Assembly (NCBI GenBank): GCA_017467885.1
Contig: JAFUKC010000002.1
Span: 73,799 to 137,798 of the forward strand
DNA: 64,000 bases
From: Bacteroidaceae bacterium
Lineage (GTDB): Bacteria > Bacteroidota > Bacteroidia > Bacteroidales > Bacteroidaceae
Direction: 5' to 3'
A program made the position numbers and the translations under genes. Below the pieces are notes generated by a model. That model worked only from the letters and a program-made list of their open reading frames with translations, did no database searches and was not told the origin of the DNA. Below, piece by piece: positions 18,852 through 29,790 of the stretch (within the stretch, counting starts at the first letter, position 1; every line of letters begins with the position of its first letter).

Positions 18852-21794
18852 ATGCAAAACAAAGGATTTGTAAAAGTTTTTGCGCTGCTGCTTACATTGG
18901 TATGCATCTTCTATCTTTCATTCTCTTTTGTGACTGGTCATCACATGGCCAAGGCCGACGAGCATCCTATGGGTGCTCAACATTACTTGGATTCAATGCA
19001 GAGTGAAAAGGTATGGCTCGGAGCATACACTCTGAAAGAGTGTCGCGAAATGGAGATTGGACTCGGTCTGGACCTCAAGGGCGGTATGAATGTTATCATG
19101 GAGGTTTCTGTTGCCGATGTTATTAAGGCGCTTGCCGACCACAAGGATGATGTAAATTTCAATAATGCTGTAGCAACAGCACGTGCAGCTGCTGTTACCG
19201 GTCAGGATGATTTCATCACATTGTTTATCAATGAATACAAGAAGTTGGCTCCCGGGAGCAGCTTGGCTTCACTGTTTGCAACACAACAGTTGAAAGACAA
19301 GGTGACAACAAAATCGTCTGATGCCGATGTGGAAAAAGTGCTTCGTAGCGAGGTGAAAGCTGCAATTGACAACTCTTTCAATGTGTTGCGTACGCGTATC
19401 GACCGCTTTGGAGTTGTTCAGCCCAATATTCAGGCTTTGGAAGGCTCGATGGGACGTATTATGATAGAGCTTCCCGGTGTAAAAGAGCCCGAACGTGTTC
19501 GTAAGTTGTTGCAGGGTTCTGCCAACCTCGAATTTTGGGAAACATACAATGCAACCGAGATTCTTCCCTTATTAAGCACTATTGATGCTGAGATTGCGGC
19601 AAACAACCGTTCTGTCGCTGTTGAGGGTGGCGAGGATACTGCAAAAGAGGATGCGGCATCTATCGATGCAGAAATCAGTGCAGAGCTTTCTGGTTCTACA
19701 GATGCTGCCATGGGCAACGAGAAGATGAAGGAACAGCAACCTTTGTTCTCTCTTCTTAAACAACCTCGTGCCGCAAGTGCTTGTGTCTTGGCCAGTGTCC
19801 ACTACACCGATACTGCAGCAGTGAGTGCAATGTTGCATTCAGCCGAGGCAAAAAGAGTTCTTCCCCGCGATTTGCGTCTGATGTGGAGTGTATCTCCCGA
19901 AGATGAAAAAACACAGTTGTATCAGCTTTATGCAATACGTTCTACACAGCGTAACGGCCGTGCACCGCTCGAAGGTGATGTTATTGTTGATGCTTCTGAT
20001 GCATTCGATATGCATGGTCGTCCTTGCGTGAGCATGACCATGAATACTACCGGTGCCAATGCATGGGCTCGTCTGACAAAGATGAATGTCGATAAATGTC
20101 TTGCTATTGTTCTTGACGGTTGTGTATACAGCGCTCCTAATGTGACGGGTGAAATAACCGGTGGACGTTCGGAAATTACAGGAACCTTTACAATAGAAGA
20201 GACTAAAGACTTGGCAAACGTGCTTCGCTCGGGTAAAATGCCTGCGCCTGCGCACATTGTTTCAGAGGATATTGTAGGTCCCTCTCTTGGTCAGGAGTCT
20301 ATTAATCAGGGTATCGTTTCGTTTATTGTTGCGTTTATACTCCTTATGCTGTATATGTGTGCAGTTTATGGTGTGATCCCCGGTATGGTGGCAAATTCAT
20401 CCCTTTTGGTAAACCTCTTCTTTACTCTCGGTATTTTGGCATCGTTCCAGGCTGCTCTTACAATGTCGGGTATTGCCGGTATGGTTCTTACATTGGGTAT
20501 GGCTGTGGATGCAAACGTGCTTATATACGAACGTACAAAAGAGGAGTTGCGTGCAGGCAAGAATACACGCGCTGCGCTTGCCGATGGTTATAAGAATGCA
20601 TTCTCGGCTATTTTCGACTCAAACTTCACATCTATTATTACCGGTATTATTCTGTTCTATTTCGGTACAGGTCCTATCCGCGGATTTGCCACAACATTGA
20701 TTATCGGTATCCTCTGCTCGTTCTTTACAGCTGTGTTTATGACACGCGTTGTTTACGAGCACTTCATGAACAAGGGTAAGTGGTTGAACCTTACATTTGT
20801 TACAGGCTTGTCAAAGAACCTCATGCGAGATACAAACTACAACTTTATGAAGATGCGTAAGGCTTCGTTTACAGTTGCTGCCATTGCCATTGTAGTTGTT
20901 GCCGTATCTCTCTCGTTGCGTGGTCTCAGCCAAAGTATCGACTTTACCGGTGGACGTAACTTTGTGGTACAGTTCGAGAAGGAGGTTGAGCCGGAGACTG
21001 TTCGTGCATTGTTGCGAGAGAAGATTACAGAGGATAATGTACAGGCCATAGCTCTTGGTACCGATAAAAAGACAATCCGTATTACAACCAACTATCGTAT
21101 CAACGAAGAGGCACCTACCGTGGATGCCGAGATAGAGAAATTCCTTTACGATGCATTTATGGGTGCAGGTTTGTTGAGTGAGGACCTTACGTTAGAGGTG
21201 TTTACCGACTACGATAATCGTGCCGGCGGTTCTATCATCAGCTCGCAAAAGGTGGGTCCGAGTCTTGCGGATGACATCAAAACAAGTGCAGTATGGTCTG
21301 TAATCCTTGCGTTGATTGCAATCTTCCTATATATATTGGTACGTTTCCGCAATGTCGCATACAGCGTAGGTTCTACTGTTGCATTGGCATGTGACGTATT
21401 CGCAATTATCGGTTGCTATTCGTTGTTCCATGGTATTTTGCCTATGTCGCTTGAAATCGACCAGACATTTATCGGTGCAATTCTTACTGCTATAGGTTAT
21501 TCTATTAACGATAAGGTGGTTATCTTCGACCGCGTTCGTGAGTTTACATACCTCTATCCGAAACGTAACAAGTATGAACTTTTCAATGAGTCGTTGAATA
21601 CTACACTTTCGCGTACAATTAATACCTCTGCAAGTACATTGGTTGTTTTGTTGTGTATCTTCATTCTTGGTGGAGATAGCATCCGCAGCTTCTCGTTTGC
21701 AATGATTATCGGTGTGGTATTCGGTACACTGTCGTCAATCTTTATAGCTGCACCTACAGCTTACTTGGTATTGAATAAAGGTGAAAAGAAATAA
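18852..21794 (+). CDS. secDF: Fused protein translocase subunit SecDF
   Basis: 980 aa with SecD and SecF membrane modules and a large periplasmic domain. Confidence 0.93.
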   Translation: MQNKGFVKVFALLLTLVCIFYLSFSFVTGHHMAKADEHPMGAQHYLDSMQSEKVWLGAYTLKECREMEIGLGLDLKGGMNVIMEVSVADVIKALADHKDDVNFNNAVATARAAAVTGQDDFITLFINEYKKLAPGSSLASLFATQQLKDKVTTKSSDADVEKVLRSEVKAAIDNSFNVLRTRIDRFGVVQPNIQALEGSMGRIMIELPGVKEPERVRKLLQGSANLEFWETYNATEILPLLSTIDAEIAANNRSVAVEGGEDTAKEDAASIDAEISAELSGSTDAAMGNEKMKEQQPLFSLLKQPRAASACVLASVHYTDTAAVSAMLHSAEAKRVLPRDLRLMWSVSPEDEKTQLYQLYAIRSTQRNGRAPLEGDVIVDASDAFDMHGRPCVSMTMNTTGANAWARLTKMNVDKCLAIVLDGCVYSAPNVTGEITGGRSEITGTFTIEETKDLANVLRSGKMPAPAHIVSEDIVGPSLGQESINQGIVSFIVAFILLMLYMCAVYGVIPGMVANSSLLVNLFFTLGILASFQAALTMSGIAGMVLTLGMAVDANVLIYERTKEELRAGKNTRAALADGYKNAFSAIFDSNFTSIITGIILFYFGTGPIRGFATTLIIGILCSFFTAVFMTRVVYEHFMNKGKWLNLTFVTGLSKNLMRDTNYNFMKMRKASFTVAAIAIVVVAVSLSLRGLSQSIDFTGGRNFVVQFEKEVEPETVRALLREKITEDNVQAIALGTDKKTIRITTNYRINEEAPTVDAEIEKFLYDAFMGAGLLSEDLTLEVFTDYDNRAGGSIISSQKVGPSLADDIKTSAVWSVILALIAIFLYILVRFRNVAYSVGSTVALACDVFAIIGCYSLFHGILPMSLEIDQTFIGAILTAIGYSINDKVVIFDRVREFTYLYPKRNKYELFNESLNTTLSRTINTSASTLVVLLCIFILGGDSIRSFSFAMIIGVVFGTLSSIFIAAPTAYLVLNKGEKK

Positions 21795-21821
21795 TGTTCT
21801 GATAATTATATCGGATATTAT

Positions 21822-21860
21822 AAGCGTAAAGGCTACCCCACCAGGGTAGCCTTTACGCTT
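21822..21860. terminator. Perfect 17-bp hairpin between the convergent genes secDF and the DUF2851-like gene
   Basis: aagcgtaaaggctaccc / loop cacca / gggtagcctttacgctt. No U-tract on either side. Confidence 0.6.
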
Positions 21861-21900
21861 AATATTCACCGAAGTGAATCTTATATAGTGTTTGGCGTTT

Positions 21901-23157
21901 TTATTTTAAGAGTTGTTCTTTTATGTATGTGTAACCGAAACAGCAGTCGTTGCATCTGTATCTGTTGCAATAGCTTCTGTTTAATTGTATCAGTGCCTGT
22001 GAATCGGCGGCACAATCTATCACAATGCCTTTCTCTCTCCAACGGCGTATTATGCTGTTTTCTTCGGGCCTCAGCGAGTGTAGCAGGTCTTCGGCTTTAT
22101 TACATAGTTCCTTCTCTTTTCTGTGTTTTCCGTATGAGTACAAAATAGGCACAACAGTGTTTATTATAATAAGGTCTGTCTGGGCATTGCGCAGCGGTGT
22201 TGTACCGCTTGTCTCAGTTCCTCCAAACTGCAGATGGTTTCGCCAATAGCCGTCGGGTTGTATCTGAAACAGGTTACGTATTTCCTCAATGCTGTTGCAA
22301 TCGGCAATCTTTGATATATCGCAGTGTCCGCTGCAATAGATTTTTGCAAGGCGGGCAATACGCAGGTGTGGGGTACTGTTCCCAAAAGCCCATTTTTTGC
22401 TTTCCATTGATTTCAGATCGAACTTATTCTTTAAGAAACTATATTCTTTTACTATGTCATTATAGTATTTGGAATTAAGAGCTTCGTTTCTGTAGTATGA
22501 TGGTATCTGTTCTGTATTCAATAATCCGGCCTGTCCGAAGAATATTGCTTCAACCTGTAGCTGATTGTCTCGATGCTTGCCTAATGCATTCATGTCGAGC
22601 ATTCCTGCCCACTCTTCGAAAATCTCACTTTTTATGCCGAACCCGAAATTCCTCGAAAGTAGAACGAACAGCGTATCGTTCCAGCGCATGTTGCATTGTG
22701 AGTATAAATCCTCTATGTGCTTTGCTTTATCTTCTATTCGTTCAATAAGCAACCGTGATAGGTGGCTGTGCAACAAAATTTTATTTGTGTTTGCAACAGA
22801 TTCTGTGCAGGGCAGCAGAGTTCTTCCCATAGAAGCTTCGTTGTATTCCTGTATAAGTTGCTCGGGCAGCTTTATGCACAATCTTGGTATCTTGTTGTCG
22901 AATAGTTGCTTATCTTCTTTATCGGTGACATACAAAATGGTGTTGTCTGTTGCCTGTAGGTTGTTGTGGTTCTTGCCATCATCTATAATGACATTACCTA
23001 TCCACTCCTTGTCTCCAATCTTCACACGTGCATTTTGGAATGTGTTATCCTCTTCTCTTCCGGCCGCGACAATATAAACATCCTCTCCGTCGGTAGTTCT
23101 TAGACCGTATCGGGTGAGCAGGTTGTTTTTCCACGTGTATTTGATAAGGTGGTTCAT
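21901..23157 (-). CDS. Conserved hypothetical protein, probably the Bacteroidota DUF2851 family (name recalled from memory, not verified)
   Basis: 418-aa soluble ORF with a Cys-rich C-terminus (CNRYRCNDCCFGY). No catalytic motif recognised. Confidence 0.55.
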   Translation of the reverse strand: MNHLIKYTWKNNLLTRYGLRTTDGEDVYIVAAGREEDNTFQNARVKIGDKEWIGNVIIDDGKNHNNLQATDNTILYVTDKEDKQLFDNKIPRLCIKLPEQLIQEYNEASMGRTLLPCTESVANTNKILLHSHLSRLLIERIEDKAKHIEDLYSQCNMRWNDTLFVLLSRNFGFGIKSEIFEEWAGMLDMNALGKHRDNQLQVEAIFFGQAGLLNTEQIPSYYRNEALNSKYYNDIVKEYSFLKNKFDLKSMESKKWAFGNSTPHLRIARLAKIYCSGHCDISKIADCNSIEEIRNLFQIQPDGYWRNHLQFGGTETSGTTPLRNAQTDLIIINTVVPILYSYGKHRKEKELCNKAEDLLHSLRPEENSIIRRWREKGIVIDCAADSQALIQLNRSYCNRYRCNDCCFGYTYIKEQLLK

Positions 23158-23175
23158 TTGTGTGTTTGTTTATGC

Positions 23176-23223
23176 AAAGAAAAACAGAATGGCAGCAATA
23201 AACCTCTTTTTGCTACCATTCTG
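23176..23223 (-). terminator. Intrinsic terminator downstream of the 7TM-HD gene
   Basis: 13-bp stem with one mismatch (23185-23197 / 23211-23223). On the minus strand it is followed by tttttcttt. Confidence 0.55.
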
Positions 23224-23253
23224 CATTCTCTTTTAACATTATTTTGCAAAATA

Positions 23254-25305
23254 CTATTTCTGTTTCTTGGTGGGGTAGCTTATTCTTGTGTGATATATTG
23301 CTTTCAGTCGGTTCTTGAATACATCTTTTATGGTTTCAATATCGCGGAATGTTATCGGGCACATGTTTAACTCACCATTCTGCAGGCGCTTGTCTACAAT
23401 ATTATTCACAAGCTCGTTTATGTTCTCCTCGGTGTACTCTTTAAGGCTGTGAGAAGCTGCTTCTACACAATCGGCAAGCATAAGCACTGCCTGTTCTTTT
23501 GTTGACGGATTGGGCCCGGGATAAGTGAAAGCGCTCTCATCTATCTCCTCATCGGGGTGTTCGTTCATATATGTGATGTAGAAATATCCGGTTTTACCAA
23601 GCCCATGGTGTGTCTTTATGAACTCAACAATACTGCTTGGCAGATGATGCTTTTCGGCTAATGCCACGCCGTCTGTGACATGCTTTATTATAATTTTTGC
23701 ACTCTCTTGCAGTGATAATGTGCTATGAGGGTTAAAACCTCCGCTTTGGTTCTCGGTAAAATAGATAGGTGCATTCAATTTTCCGATATCGTGATATAGT
23801 GCTCCTGTTCGCACCTCAAGGCTGTTGGCTCCTATTTTTCGTGCTGCTTCAGCTGCAAGGTTGCCAACCTGCATAGAGTGTTGGAATGTGCCTGGAGCTT
23901 CTTCTGATAATTTTCGTAGCAGTTCACTGTTTATGTTCGATATCTCTATAAGTGTGACATTGGAAACGAATCCGAATAGTTTTTCTATTACAAACATCAG
24001 TGGATAGGCAAACAACATCAGTATGGCATTTATTGTAAAATAGACATACATCATAGGGTTGATTTTTGTAATGTCGTTCTCTATTATAAGTTCATAGCAG
24101 AGATATGATATTGCGTATGAAGCAAAAACAAAAAATACACAACGGAACATCTGTGAGCGTGACGATAATTCGCGCATGCTTAAGATTGCTGCATGGCCGG
24201 CTGCTATCTGCAAGATTAGAAACTCGTATTGCGATGTAAGCATCATCGAGCATAGCATTATGCTGAATATGTGTGTAAACAGTGCTGTTCGTTTTGTGGT
24301 GAAAAGGCATAGCAGCATCGGTATCATGGCGTATGGCAGCATGAATACATTGCCGGTGCCGGCTCTTATCATCAATCCGGTTAATACAGGAAATATGGTT
24401 GCCGACAGAAGGATAAGGTTGTATTTATTATTGTTGTTGTAGACATCGGGACAGTATACATATATATATGATAATATTCCGAATATCATCGTAATAACAA
24501 ATATTATCTGGCCAATCAGCACGAGAACGGTTTTGTTGTTCTCATAGTCGCGTTTGTTCTGTTCATCCTGATAGGATTGTAGTTTACGATAAGTTTTGCT
24601 GTCGACAACATCACCCCGATCAATAATCTTCTCTCCTGTCATTACAATGTCGTCACTTGTTGAAATGCCTTCCAATTGTTCTTTGAGAGCTGCAACAGAT
24701 TTTATCGAATCGTAAATTATATTTGCCCGTATAAATGATTCCAACTGAAGCCGATTGACTATGTCTCGAGGTATGGTGTCGTTTCGTGTGAGTTCCAGAT
24801 ATGCTTCGGGTGCTTTAAGAAAACGACTCTTCTCAATCGAGGACGATTTGTTGTCGGTAATCAATCTTATGTAATTGCTTTGAGTGTTGCTCTCTTCGGT
24901 AAATCTGTTCGATATGATTCCTTGTTCGTATATCTTGTTTAATCTGTTGCGATACTCCTCGAATTGACGATAGGTTATCATGCTGCTCAATTCGGAGTGA
25001 TACTTCTCTTCGAATTCTTTTATGGCCTCCTGTGCGACACTCATTTCCTTGTTGAAATATGGCTCGAAGATACGGCAGATGCTGTCGCGCTCGATTGTAA
25101 GTTGCTCGGAACTTTTGTTTACATTGAAATTGAAATTTGACATCAATTGCCCGTATCCCCATGGTTTATTCAGCTCGAAGTGATACTTGAAAACATGGTC
25201 GCGTGGCATAACATATATAATAAGGGTAGCACACGCAATTGCTGCCGTTATTTGGTATATAAGGCGTATTCGTTTCTTGATTGCTTGCTTAATTGTCTCT
25301 TTCAT
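23254..25305 (-). CDS. 7TM-receptor/HD (HDIG) domain membrane phosphohydrolase, PgpH-like
   Basis: 683 aa with an extracytoplasmic N-domain, a 7-TM block and an HD domain carrying HSMQVGNLA and LYHDIGK. Confidence 0.85.
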   Translation of the reverse strand: MKETIKQAIKKRIRLIYQITAAIACATLIIYVMPRDHVFKYHFELNKPWGYGQLMSNFNFNVNKSSEQLTIERDSICRIFEPYFNKEMSVAQEAIKEFEEKYHSELSSMITYRQFEEYRNRLNKIYEQGIISNRFTEESNTQSNYIRLITDNKSSSIEKSRFLKAPEAYLELTRNDTIPRDIVNRLQLESFIRANIIYDSIKSVAALKEQLEGISTSDDIVMTGEKIIDRGDVVDSKTYRKLQSYQDEQNKRDYENNKTVLVLIGQIIFVITMIFGILSYIYVYCPDVYNNNNKYNLILLSATIFPVLTGLMIRAGTGNVFMLPYAMIPMLLCLFTTKRTALFTHIFSIMLCSMMLTSQYEFLILQIAAGHAAILSMRELSSRSQMFRCVFFVFASYAISYLCYELIIENDITKINPMMYVYFTINAILMLFAYPLMFVIEKLFGFVSNVTLIEISNINSELLRKLSEEAPGTFQHSMQVGNLAAEAARKIGANSLEVRTGALYHDIGKLNAPIYFTENQSGGFNPHSTLSLQESAKIIIKHVTDGVALAEKHHLPSSIVEFIKTHHGLGKTGYFYITYMNEHPDEEIDESAFTYPGPNPSTKEQAVLMLADCVEAASHSLKEYTEENINELVNNIVDKRLQNGELNMCPITFRDIETIKDVFKNRLKAIYHTRISYPTKKQK

Positions 25306-25418
25306 GGCATATTAGTTTTTTCAAAGGTATAAAAAAAAACAACATTTCAATCTATTGCGTTTTTATTTTCTTTTTTAGTGATGATATTATTATTTGCTTT
25401 TCAATAGAGTTGTGATAT

Positions 25419-25452
25419 TTTGTTATTTTTTAAATCTTTTGTGCTATCTTTG
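25419..25452 (+). promoter_or_regulatory. Candidate promoter of gltX (TTTG ... TAtcTTTG)
   Basis: -7 box tatctttg at 25445-25452 and a possible -33 tttg at 25419-25422. The 22-nt spacing is rather long. Confidence 0.4.
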
Positions 25453-25506
25453 CAAAATCGGAGTCTTTGCTTTTTCCGATTTGTGTTATATTATATAAAG
25501 AAAGTC

Positions 25507-27024
25507 ATGACAGAAAGAAAAGTAAGAGTGCGTTTTGCACCAAGTCCTACAGGGCCTTTGCATATCGGAGGTGTTAGAACAGCTTTGTATAATTACCTTT
25601 TTGCCAAACAGCATGGTGGCGATTTGATATTCCGCATAGAGGATACCGATTCGAATCGTTTTGTAGAGGGTGCCGAGGAGTATATTCTTGAGTCGTTCCG
25701 CTGGCTCGGTATAAAATTTGACGAGGGAGTTACGTTTGGTGGCAACTGTGGGCCTTATCGTCAGTCCGAGCGTCGTGATATATATAAGAAATATGTTAAA
25801 GTATTGCTCGACAGCGGCAAGGCTTATATTGCATTCGATACGCCCGAGGAACTTGAACGTAAACGTGCCGAGGTTGACAATTTTCAATATGATGCATCTA
25901 CTCGTATGTCTATGCGCAATTCACTTGCCTTGTCGTCCGAGGAAGTGAATAACCTCATTGAAAGCGGTCATCAGTATGTTGTACGTTTTTTGGTGCAACC
26001 CGGCGAGAAGATAGTTGTAAATGATATTATACGTGGTGTGGTGACCATAGACTCGTCGATTCTTGATGACAAGGTCCTTTATAAGTCGGCTGATGAACTT
26101 CCCACCTATCATTTGGCAAATATTGTTGATGACCATTTGATGAATATTTCTCATGTTATTCGCGGAGAAGAGTGGCTGCCATCGGCACCGCTTCATGTGT
26201 TGCTTTATCGTGCTTTCGGTTGGGAGGATACTATGCCGCAGTTTGCCCATTTGTCGTTACTTTTGAAGCCCGAAGGCAATGGTAAACTTAGCAAACGCGA
26301 TGGTGATCGTCTTGGATTTCCTGTATTCCCCCTTGAATGGCACGACCCAAAGAGCGGGGCTGTGTCGTCGGGTTTTCGCGAATCGGATTATTTGCCCGAG
26401 GCTGTGATAAATTTCCTTGCACTTTTGGGCTGGAATCCCGGAGATGATGTTGAGATGATGTCAATGGATGATTTGATTTCTAAATTCGACCTTTCCAAAT
26501 GTAGCAAGGCCGGTGCCCGCTTCGATTATAAGAAGATGATATGGTTTAACCACGAATATATTTTGCGTAAATCGGATAAGGAAATTGCCGAGTTATTTAT
26601 GCCGGTGGTAGAGGGGCATGGTGTTAAAACCGATATGTGCAAGCTCGAAAAAATCGTATCCTTGATGAAAGGTCGTGTGAATTTCGTTCATGAATTGTGG
26701 GATGCCTGCAGTTTCTATTTTATTGCTCCTGCTGAATATGACGAAAAAACCGTAAAAAAACGTTGGAAAGAGAATTCTGCCCGGCAGATGGGAGAGCTTG
26801 CCGAGTTGCTGGATGGTCTTGAGGATTTCTCTATAGAGAATCAAGAACGTGTGGTTCACGAATGGATTGAGCAGAAGGGTTATGGCATGGGCGAGATAAT
26901 GAATGCTTTTCGTCTTGCGCTTGTTGGCGAAGGAAAGGGGCCGCAAATGTTTGATATTTCGGGTTTGATTGGGAAAAAAGAGACAGTTGAGCGTTTGCAA
27001 AGGGCTATTAATGTTTTAGCATAA
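25507..27024 (+). CDS. gltX: Glutamate--tRNA ligase
   Basis: [16 protein letters not shown] (HIGH) and KLSKRDG (KMSKS). I chose the ATG at 25507 ([10 protein letters not shown]). The upstream in-frame extension of the ORF track contains the promoter. Confidence 0.95.
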   Translation: MTERKVRVRFAPSPTGPLHIGGVRTALYNYLFAKQHGGDLIFRIEDTDSNRFVEGAEEYILESFRWLGIKFDEGVTFGGNCGPYRQSERRDIYKKYVKVLLDSGKAYIAFDTPEELERKRAEVDNFQYDASTRMSMRNSLALSSEEVNNLIESGHQYVVRFLVQPGEKIVVNDIIRGVVTIDSSILDDKVLYKSADELPTYHLANIVDDHLMNISHVIRGEEWLPSAPLHVLLYRAFGWEDTMPQFAHLSLLLKPEGNGKLSKRDGDRLGFPVFPLEWHDPKSGAVSSGFRESDYLPEAVINFLALLGWNPGDDVEMMSMDDLISKFDLSKCSKAGARFDYKKMIWFNHEYILRKSDKEIAELFMPVVEGHGVKTDMCKLEKIVSLMKGRVNFVHELWDACSFYFIAPAEYDEKTVKKRWKENSARQMGELAELLDGLEDFSIENQERVVHEWIEQKGYGMGEIMNAFRLALVGEGKGPQMFDISGLIGKKETVERLQRAINVLA

Positions 27025-27029
27025 AGAAT

Positions 27030-28253
27030 ATGTACACTTTAGGTATATACATATATATAGCTTTCGTGAAACTCGCAGCATTGTTTGGTCATCGCAAAGC
27101 AAGGTTGAAACTTTCCGGTCACAAACGTATATATGCCGATTTGTCCGAACGATTGAATAAATCGACCGAGTATATTTGGTTTCATGTTTCGTCGTTGGGC
27201 GAGTTTGAACAAGGACGTCCGCTGATGGAGAAGATACATGCCGAGCATCCCGAGTATGGCATAGTTCTGACATTCTTTTCGCCATCGGGGTACGAATCGG
27301 CTAAAAATTATCAGAATGCCGATGTGGTGTGTTATATGCCGTTCGATACACCTCTTCAGGCATCATGCTTCTTGGATATTGTGAATCCTAAAATGGCAAT
27401 TTTTGTCAAGTATGAATTCTGGATGAATTTTCTGCTTGCGCTTAAAAAAAGATCGATTCCAACCTATAGCGTTTCGTCTATATTCCGTGAAAAACAGGTA
27501 TTTTTCCGCCCTTGGGGGGGCTTCTACCGCAAGGCTTTGCGTTGTTTTACGCATATATATGTGCAGAACAGTCTTTCTGTAAAGTTGCTTGCCTCCATCG
27601 GTATCGATAATGTGACGGTGGTGGGAGATACACGTTTCGACCGTGTGGCAAAGATACGTGAACAGGCAAGGCAATTGCCGTTGGTCGAAGCTTTTGTCGA
27701 GGGTGATAAAAAGGTTTTTGTGGCCGGAAGCTCTTGGGGACCCGACGAAGATATTTTTCTGCCATATTTTAATGCAAGAAGCGGTTGGAAACTCATTATA
27801 GCATCGCACGAAGTTAATGAAGAGCGATTGAAAAATATTGAAGAAAAGGTAAAAGGTGTTTGTGTCAGGTATACACAGGCGGCCATGGACGAGGTGCGTG
27901 CGGCTGATTGCCTTATTGTAGATTGCTTCGGGTTGCTGTCGTCAATTTATCGCTATGGCGATATTGCGTATGTAGGCGGTGGCTTCGGTGTCGGTATACA
28001 CAATATATTGGAAGCCGCGGTCTATGGTATGCCGGTATTTTTTGGTCCTAACAATAAGAAATTTCAAGAAGCAACGATGCTCAAGGAGTGCGGTGGAGGT
28101 ATTGAGGTTACTTCTGCAAGTGATTTTGCAGATAAGATAGGAGTTCTTGATGCACACGCTGAAAAACTTAAATCGGTTGGAGAAGCTGCCGGTAAGTGCG
28201 TGTCGGAGAATTTCGGTGCTTCTAAACGGGTGTTACAGTCGATAGGATTATGA
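27030..28253 (+). CDS. waaA: 3-deoxy-D-manno-octulosonic acid (Kdo) transferase
   Basis: 407 aa, WFHVSSLGEFEQGRPL motif, GT30-type C-terminal domain. Confidence 0.85.
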   Translation: MYTLGIYIYIAFVKLAALFGHRKARLKLSGHKRIYADLSERLNKSTEYIWFHVSSLGEFEQGRPLMEKIHAEHPEYGIVLTFFSPSGYESAKNYQNADVVCYMPFDTPLQASCFLDIVNPKMAIFVKYEFWMNFLLALKKRSIPTYSVSSIFREKQVFFRPWGGFYRKALRCFTHIYVQNSLSVKLLASIGIDNVTVVGDTRFDRVAKIREQARQLPLVEAFVEGDKKVFVAGSSWGPDEDIFLPYFNARSGWKLIIASHEVNEERLKNIEEKVKGVCVRYTQAAMDEVRAADCLIVDCFGLLSSIYRYGDIAYVGGGFGVGIHNILEAAVYGMPVFFGPNNKKFQEATMLKECGGGIEVTSASDFADKIGVLDAHAEKLKSVGEAAGKCVSENFGASKRVLQSIGL

Positions 28254-28392
28254 TTAATATGAGCCTTATTAAAATCGTCTGTGATTAAACATTGTTAATT
28301 ATAGCAGGTGTGGTGGAAAAATGAGTATATTAGCAGACGTCATAATAAAGATATAATTGAAAGAAAGATAATTAACCCATAAAATTAATGTT

Positions 28393-29394
28393 ATGCAGTA
28401 TTTAACTAATGAGAAACTTACTATCGTTGGTGCCGGCGGTATGATTGGTTCAAACATGGCACAGTGCGCTTTGATGATGGGCTTGACACCCAATATCTGT
28501 TTGTATGATGTATATATGCCCGGTCTTGAGGGTGTAGTAGAGGAACTGCGCCACTGCGCTTTTCCCGGTGCAAACATCACATATACCGATAATGTGGAGG
28601 AGGCTTTCACCGGTGCAAAATACATTGTATCGTCAGGTGGTGCGGCTCGTAAAGCCGGTATGACACGTGAGGATCTCTTGAAGGGTAATGCTCTTGTTGC
28701 CGAACAACTCGGTAAGGATATACGTTCCTACTGCCCCGATGTAAAACATGTTGTTATTATCTTTAATCCTGCAGATATCACAGGTCTGATTACTCTTCTT
28801 TATTCAGGTTTAAAGCCTTCGCAGGTGACAACTTTGGCGGCTCTCGACAGTACACGTTTGCAGAGTGCTTTGGCTGTTCACTTCGGTGTTAAACAGAGCG
28901 AGGTAGAGAACTGCCGCACCTATGGTGGTCATGGCGAGCAGATGGCAGTGTTTGCTTCAACAGCAAAAGTTGCCGGTACTCCTCTTACCGATCTTATCGG
29001 TACCGATAAGTTGACCGAGCAGCAGTGGGCCGATTTGAAGGTTGCTGTTACACAGGGCGGTGCAAATATTATCAAATTGCGCGGACGTTCATCTTTCCAA
29101 AGTCCTTCTTTGGTGTCTATTCAGATGATTGCAGCAGCAATGGGTGGTGCACCATTCACATGGCCGGCCGGTACTTATAGCAATATGCCCGGTTTCGAAA
29201 ATGTTATGATGGCAATGGAGACCGAAATTACAAAGGATGGAGTTGCTTGCAAAGAAATCAAAGGTACAGAGGCCGAGATGGAGTCATTGAAGGCAAGTTA
29301 CAAGCATCTTTGCGCTCTTCGTGACGAGGTTATCGCAATGGGTGTGCTTCCTGCTGTATCGGAGTGGAATGCACTCAATCCCAATATTAAGTAA
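28393..29394 (+). CDS. mdh: Malate dehydrogenase (LDH/MDH superfamily)
   Basis: Rossmann motif IVGAGGMIGSNMA, 333 aa, length and sequence typical of Bacteroidales MDH. Confidence 0.8.
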   Translation: MQYLTNEKLTIVGAGGMIGSNMAQCALMMGLTPNICLYDVYMPGLEGVVEELRHCAFPGANITYTDNVEEAFTGAKYIVSSGGAARKAGMTREDLLKGNALVAEQLGKDIRSYCPDVKHVVIIFNPADITGLITLLYSGLKPSQVTTLAALDSTRLQSALAVHFGVKQSEVENCRTYGGHGEQMAVFASTAKVAGTPLTDLIGTDKLTEQQWADLKVAVTQGGANIIKLRGRSSFQSPSLVSIQMIAAAMGGAPFTWPAGTYSNMPGFENVMMAMETEITKDGVACKEIKGTEAEMESLKASYKHLCALRDEVIAMGVLPAVSEWNALNPNIK

Positions 29395-29422
29395 ATCTTT
29401 AATCATATTTTGAACTTATAAC

Positions 29423-29463
29423 GAAGCAAACACCTTTTTTGGGGTGTTTGCTTCATTTTTTTT
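29423..29463 (+). terminator. Intrinsic terminator of mdh
   Basis: gaagcaaacacc / ggtgtttgcttc 12-bp stem followed by a run of 8 T. Confidence 0.85.
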
Positions 29464-29472
29464 ATCAAAAGT

Positions 29473-29503
29473 TTTGCCGATAAGAAATTTGTACCTATTT
29501 TTG
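29473..29503 (+). promoter_or_regulatory. Candidate promoter of rpsU (TTTG, 19 nt, TAttTTTG)
   Basis: tttg at 29473-29476 and tatttttg at 29496-29503, with canonical 19-nt spacing. Confidence 0.55.
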
Positions 29504-29556
29504 CGCCACATTTTGCATAATAAGGAAATAATATAAACTAAAAATAGAAATAGGAA

Positions 29557-29748
29557 ATGATTGTAGTACCTGTTAAAGAGAATGAGAACATTGAGAGAGC
29601 TCTCAAAAAGTTCAAAAGAAAATTCGAGAAAACCGGCGTGATTAAAGAATTGCGTGCACGTCAGCAGTTTGACAAACCTTCTGTTCTTAAAAGACTTAAG
29701 ATGGAGCATGCTATTTATGTTCAGAAACTTCGTGCTGCCGAAGAATAA
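29557..29748 (+). CDS. rpsU: 30S ribosomal protein S21
   Basis: 63 aa. MIVVPVKENENIERALKKFKRKFEKTGV is a hallmark S21 sequence. Confidence 0.95.
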   Translation: MIVVPVKENENIERALKKFKRKFEKTGVIKELRARQQFDKPSVLKRLKMEHAIYVQKLRAAEE

Positions 29749-29790
29749 AAAAACGCAAGATTTCTTGTTTTTTTATTTAAACTGAATTAT

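Noticed and set aside
25420-25506. N-terminal extensions offered by the ORF track for gltX. The same applies to dut (46267), both LtaS paralogs (12529, 14378), MIPS (53114), xerC (29796) and fdtA (63871).
   Set aside because: The extensions use TTG or upstream ATG codons and run through promoter boxes, hairpins or the preceding gene. They add residues that do not match the conserved N-termini of these families. Internal ATGs give canonical N-termini.
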